From assembly GCA_964527425.1 (NCBI GenBank), contig CAZGOA010000004.1:35691-99690 (forward strand): a stretch of DNA of 64,000 nt, read 5' to 3'. Positions within the stretch are counted from its first letter, which is position 1, and each line of letters starts with the position of its first letter. The notes under the pieces are model-generated. The model saw only the letters and a list, made by a program, of their open reading frames with translations. It had not been told where the DNA came from and made no database searches. Made by a program: the position numbers and the translations under genes. This document shows positions 60,275-64,000 of this stretch, one piece after another. Source of the stretch: an uncultured Gammaproteobacteria bacterium (GTDB taxonomy: Bacteria > Patescibacteriota > Microgenomatia > UBA10105 > UBA927).

Positions 60275-60308
60275 CACTATTTCAACTATTTACTGGTATG
60301 CTGTAAGT

Positions 60309-60842
60309 ATGGAAGAACTTGTTGTATTAGTAGATGAACAAAATAATGTACAAGGCACAGCTCCAAAAGCTACTGTACACACAACCACGACACCTCTTCA
60401 CAGAGGTTTTTCTGTTTTTTTATTTAATGAAAAAAAAGAATTTTATGTAACCAGGCGGTCTTTAGTAAAAAAAACTTTTCCTGGAGTATGGACAAATTCT
60501 TATTGTGGGCACCCTGCAATTTCTGAAACAGCTGAAGAAGCAGCAAAACGACGAGCACAGGACGAATTAGGTATTTCTTCTATTGAGATTCATAAGGTAT
60601 TACCTTATCGGTATCGGTATGCAGACCAGGGTGGCATTGTTGAAAACGAAATATGTCCTATTATTATTGCAACTACAAACCAGCAACCTATTATTAATCC
60701 AAATGAAGTTGAAGAAGCATTCTGGACTCCCTGGCAAACTTTTTATAAAGATATACAGCAGACTCCTCAAAAATACTCTCCATGGAGTAAAGATGAAGCA
60801 GAGATAGTTTCAAAGGAAGTGCAGACATTATGGTCGATATAA
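60309..60842 (+). CDS. idi: Isopentenyl-diphosphate delta-isomerase type 1 (Nudix fold)
   Basis: LHRGFSVFLFN, KKTFPGVWTNSYCGHP, ELG, ENEICP, NPNEV, YSPW. Confidence 0.92.
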   Translation: MEELVVLVDEQNNVQGTAPKATVHTTTTPLHRGFSVFLFNEKKEFYVTRRSLVKKTFPGVWTNSYCGHPAISETAEEAAKRRAQDELGISSIEIHKVLPYRYRYADQGGIVENEICPIIIATTNQQPIINPNEVEEAFWTPWQTFYKDIQQTPQKYSPWSKDEAEIVSKEVQTLWSI

Positions 60843-61501
60843 AAAGAATTTTTGAAGTATCTGATTTTAATTTTCCCTATACAGATTTGCATTTTCCCGG
60901 GATGAATACAGGTGAAAAAATTCTTTTCGCAACGCGAGAATCAATAATTATTTTATGGATTAGACGGATTGTTTTAGCGGTAGTAATACTCACATTATTA
61001 CTATTAAGTGTATTATTGCTTCAGTTTTTAGAAAGATTATTGATTTCAATATGGTTTATTTATCCGCTTTTAATCGTGACAGTAATTAGTGCAGCGATAG
61101 GTGGATATTGGTGGATAGGGCAGACGTATCGAAAATCTATTTTTATAATAACTACACGACGCTTAACGAAAATTATATACACAACACCATTTACCTGGTA
61201 TCAGTTTTCATTAGGCTTAGATGAAATTGCGGATACTGGATCATATTCTTCAAGTTATTTTGAAGCGTTACTACATTTAGGGTATTTTGTTGCACGTTCT
61301 GGTGCTGCAGCAATTAAGAATTTTAAAATAATCAATATTACGTTTGCAGCTGATCTTCATAATTATGTGAATAAGCTATTGTATGTATTTAAACATACCC
61401 CTGAAAAAGTTAATGAATTCCGTCCGTTTATTCCACATTTAAAAGGAGAAAAGAGAAAGAAATTTTTAGAAGCCTACCCTCATTACAAAACAGAGTTTTA
61501 A
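60830..61501 (+). CDS. Hypothetical membrane protein (two TM helices plus bPH-like segment)
   Basis: GEKILFATR, two hydrophobic helices, IFIITTRRL. Confidence 0.65.
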   Translation: MVDIKRIFEVSDFNFPYTDLHFPGMNTGEKILFATRESIIILWIRRIVLAVVILTLLLLSVLLLQFLERLLISIWFIYPLLIVTVISAAIGGYWWIGQTYRKSIFIITTRRLTKIIYTTPFTWYQFSLGLDEIADTGSYSSSYFEALLHLGYFVARSGAAAIKNFKIINITFAADLHNYVNKLLYVFKHTPEKVNEFRPFIPHLKGEKRKKFLEAYPHYKTEF

Positions 61502-62367
61502 AGCTCTTCCAGTTTTACAGAATCAATTTGTTTATCTTTTATTAGATCCATGTATTTTTCTGTAGTTGAAAGTCTTTTGTGACCTACAAGCTTAGAAAGT
61601 GTAGTGATTGGTGTTCCTGCCATTAAATGATGAGCGATAAATGTATGTCGTAAATCATTTACTTTAGCGCCTTCAATTCCAGCGGCTCTAAAATATCGGT
61701 CAATAGAAGTTCTAATGTTTCTGATTAACAGTGCTTTTCCTGATTTTGTGATAAAAAGTGGAGCGTTTGCTTCTTTTGGACCTGTACGGATATCTAAATA
61801 TCTATTCAATGCTTCTTTTGCTGCTTTGTTGAGAGGTACTGTTCTTTCAGCATGACCTTCTTGAGCTGCAATATGAAGGGTATTTTCTCCAATATCTGAT
61901 AATGATAAATTAGTAAGTTCACCTATTCTGATGCCTGTTTGAAGGAATAACTCTACAATTGAATATGTTCTAATATCTGCTCTGCAGGCATCTCTCAATG
62001 CTCTATATTCTATTTTTGAGAGGACTCTGGGAGGTTTTACTTCATATTTAGGATGTTCAATATCTGCTGCTGGATCATTTACCACGATACCTTGGTTTTT
62101 CATGAATCTAAAATAGGTTTTGATTGAGTTAATTTTTCGGGAAATTGATTTTGCTGTATATCCGTCTGCGGAAAGTTTGCTTAAAAAGCCTTCAATATCT
62201 TCTTTTGCAATTTCTGTTATTGCTTTTTTGCCAATATGCGTCATGAAGATAGTTAGTTGTTCAATATCTTTTTTATAGGCGATAATAGTAGCACGTGCAC
62301 GTTTTTTACTGAGTAAAAATTCGTGAAAAGAATTTAGATTTGCGTTAAGATCAAGTGATGGTTCCAT
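61498..62367 (-). CDS. XerC/XerD-family tyrosine recombinase
   Basis: SAM-like N-terminal domain (TIIAYKKDI, SISRKINSIK.YF.F), TGIRIGEL, DLRHTF, LVGH...TTEKY. Confidence 0.9.
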   Translation of the reverse strand: MEPSLDLNANLNSFHEFLLSKKRARATIIAYKKDIEQLTIFMTHIGKKAITEIAKEDIEGFLSKLSADGYTAKSISRKINSIKTYFRFMKNQGIVVNDPAADIEHPKYEVKPPRVLSKIEYRALRDACRADIRTYSIVELFLQTGIRIGELTNLSLSDIGENTLHIAAQEGHAERTVPLNKAAKEALNRYLDIRTGPKEANAPLFITKSGKALLIRNIRTSIDRYFRAAGIEGAKVNDLRHTFIAHHLMAGTPITTLSKLVGHKRLSTTEKYMDLIKDKQIDSVKLEEL

Positions 62368-62456
62368 ATTAGTAAATAATAATTATAGTAAAAATGATAA
62401 AGGCAGGAAAACAATAATTATAGGTCAAAACTAGCGTATAATATCACACTTATTTT

Positions 62457-62849
62457 ATGCACACAAGTATGCAACAGCCTCAAAAACCAAAATACCTTGT
62501 AATACTACATATTGGGATTGTTTTATTTGGTCTTTTTCTTCTTTTTAACTTCAGTTATTCTATTTATTCTTTATGGAGACGAGGCGACATTGTATCAGAG
62601 CGTGAAGAGTATTTGAGAAGATTAGAGAAAGAACAAGATGAACTCAAAACTGAACTTTCGTATACTATGAGACCTGAATTTATAGAGGAAGAAGCAAGAA
62701 ATAAGCTAAATCTAGTTCGTCCAGGAGAGACACTTGTTGTATTGTCGGAACGTGAATCGAGTGAAAGTGCAAATATGAGTATTAATAAAGAAAGTATGCC
62801 TGAAAAAAGAGTTTTATCTGAGTGGTTTCAGTTGTTTGTTGGAGATTAA
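62457..62849 (+). CDS. Septum formation initiator (FtsB/DivIC family)
   Basis: TM helix, coiled coil, FIEEEARNKLNLVRPGE. Confidence 0.88.
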   Translation: MHTSMQQPQKPKYLVILHIGIVLFGLFLLFNFSYSIYSLWRRGDIVSEREEYLRRLEKEQDELKTELSYTMRPEFIEEEARNKLNLVRPGETLVVLSERESSESANMSINKESMPEKRVLSEWFQLFVGD

Positions 62850-62853
62850 CGTG

Positions 62854-62926
62854 TGCCAGCGACAGGATTCGAACCTGTGACCTATGCCTTATGAAGACAC
62901 CGCTACTACCGCTGAGCTACGCTGGC
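62854..62926 (-). tRNA. tRNA with CAU anticodon, non-initiator (probably elongator tRNA-Met)
   Basis: Minus strand GCCAGCG...GTGTC-TTCATAA-GGCAT...GGTTCGAATCC...CGCTGGC-A. G1:C72 is paired and the three G-C anticodon-stem pairs of initiators are absent. TTGCCT-N17-TACAAT upstream. Confidence 0.88.
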
Positions 62927-63051
62927 ATCGAGTATCCATTGTACGGAAAACAGCTTGAAAAGGCAAGAAAAACCCATAATTCAGGTGATTATAATTGCGG
63001 GATCTGATCCTCTTTTCTAAAGGTATGGTGGTTTAATTAGTCAAAAGAAAT

Positions 63052-63080
63052 AAAAAAACCTTCGTAATGAAGGTTTTTTT
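63052..63080. terminator. Bidirectional intrinsic terminator
   Basis: A7-CCTTC-GTAAT-GAAGG-T7. Confidence 0.8.
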
Positions 63081-63167
63081 ATGTGTTGCGGGGATTGGAA
63101 GAAATCAGAACCTATTTTTTGACCGTAAATGAGAAATATTACCTTATAGGTTCGTAAATAGAAGTAA

Positions 63168-63437
63168 TTACTTTTTGTAGACTTCGTCATGTGTTCCTAT
63201 GAGGAAAAAAACTGTTTCATCATCGTGTGTAAAGTAGAGCATACGGATGTTGCGTTCGATTGAAATACTCCAACTATTTGATAAGTTGCCTTGCAGTTTC
63301 TGTGTTCGGAGTGATGGGTGTTTGGGATTTTCTTTGAAAAGCGTGAGTTGCTTATGAATTTTTTTATAGAGAAGTGGTTCTCGTGTTTTTAATCGTTTCA
63401 GTTCACGTGTAGTTTCAATGGAAAAGGATATATTCAT
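63168..63437 (-). CDS. RelE/YafQ-superfamily type II toxin
   Basis: NPKHPSLRTQKLQG, WSISI..NIR.LY, IGTHDEVY. Confidence 0.85.
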   Translation of the reverse strand: MNISFSIETTRELKRLKTREPLLYKKIHKQLTLFKENPKHPSLRTQKLQGNLSNSWSISIERNIRMLYFTHDDETVFFLIGTHDEVYKK

Positions 63438-63442
63438 GTGTA

Positions 63443-63703
63443 TTAGAGTTCATCAAAGAATGTATCCAAGTCGTCAACCTTGATTATTTTACTAGTTTTT
63501 TCATCTTCTTTCGCTTTCTTATATGCTTCTTCTGTTTTTGCAGAAACTTGATAAACAGGATGTTCCATATCAGTTACGTCTTTAAGAATTAAATGCTTCA
63601 CATAACCTGCAAGAGGCATACCAAACCGGCTGGCTTTGCTTTCTAGGTATTCTTTAAGTTCAAGAGGAAGATTGAGTTTTATCTGTGCTTGTTGAGTGAG
63701 CAT
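63443..63703 (-). CDS. Probable ribbon-helix-helix antitoxin
   Basis: QIKLNLP.ELK..LE.KA..FG..LA.YVK.LI; acidic tail DDLDTFFDEL; 5 nt upstream of the toxin. Confidence 0.78.
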   Translation of the reverse strand: MLTQQAQIKLNLPLELKEYLESKASRFGMPLAGYVKHLILKDVTDMEHPVYQVSAKTEEAYKKAKEDEKTSKIIKVDDLDTFFDEL

Positions 63704-63883
63704 AATGACGCTATATTACCACTAATCCAAGGACTTTTCAAGGACTTATTGCGGTGTTTAGCTTTGCTTGAGGTTAGATTGGTTTGATGGTCTATAGTGC
63801 AGGTTGTTGCAGGGGAGTCCAAGAAATTAGAACTTATTTACTGTCACACTACCAGCAAGTAGATGATTGTTTTTTCCTGAATT

Positions 63884-64000
63884 TTACGGTCGGAGGTGCC
63901 TGATCATTCTCATAGAAGGTATGATTTTTCCATTTTTTAACTTTTTTGCAGGGATTTGGTCGTCAGTTAAACGAAATCCGTGTTTTTCATAAAACTTTAT
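63884..64000 (-). CDS. C-terminal fragment of a GNAT acetyltransferase (partial)
   Basis: Translated by hand: IKFYEKHGFRLTDDQIPAKKLKNGKIIPSMRMIRHLRP*; FYEKHGF is the GNAT motif. Confidence 0.7.
   Translation of the reverse strand: MKFYEKHGFRLTDDQIPAKKLKNGKIIPSMRMIRHLRP

Noticed and set aside
60202-62926. Integrative element formed by a tyrosine recombinase between two tRNAs
   Set aside because: No duplicated tRNA 3' end (att) was seen, the neighbours are housekeeping genes (idi, ftsB-like), and the recombinase is Xer-sized with no arm-binding domain.
63108-63153. Inverted repeat GAACCTAT...ATAGGTTC downstream of the toxin as a riboswitch or sRNA
   Set aside because: An 8-bp stem around a 30-nt loop with no aptamer consensus I recognise; would need a covariance search.

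Overview
A low-GC, very compact bacterial chromosome segment (standard genetic code; TGA is used as a stop). Gene content points to Patescibacteria/CPR, probably Microgenomates-like: DUF4012, VanW and DUF5667 proteins, chromosomal PrgI/VirB4/VirD4-like genes and many ORFans. It spans the replication origin (dnaA-dnaN, DnaA boxes on both sides of dnaA, a DnaA-trio/AT-rich unwinding element). Next to it are a relaxase-less type IV secretion-like cluster, nadD-nadE, the rpmH-rnpA-yidD-yidC-jag block, groES-groEL under tandem CIRCE sites, valS and tsaD. An ~20 kb nucleotide-salvage region follows: two IMPDH/GMPR-family paralogs, purA, purB, guaA, a deaminase, two PRTases, a CMP kinase, an MFS transporter, an HD protein and nrdR-nrdJ-pduO. 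Best leads: (1) a cobalamin riboswitch plus terminator right after nrdJ-pduO that gates an uncharacterised Cys-rich protein; (2) an apparently complete purine-interconversion cycle with a probable CBS-containing GMP reductase and an embedded HGHLH kinase-like ORFan; (3) a tRNA-Ile with a UAU anticodon; (4) an (AAG)8 repeat in a putative promoter spacer; (5) widespread leaderless-gene architecture. All calls are from reading motifs by eye; no database searches were run.
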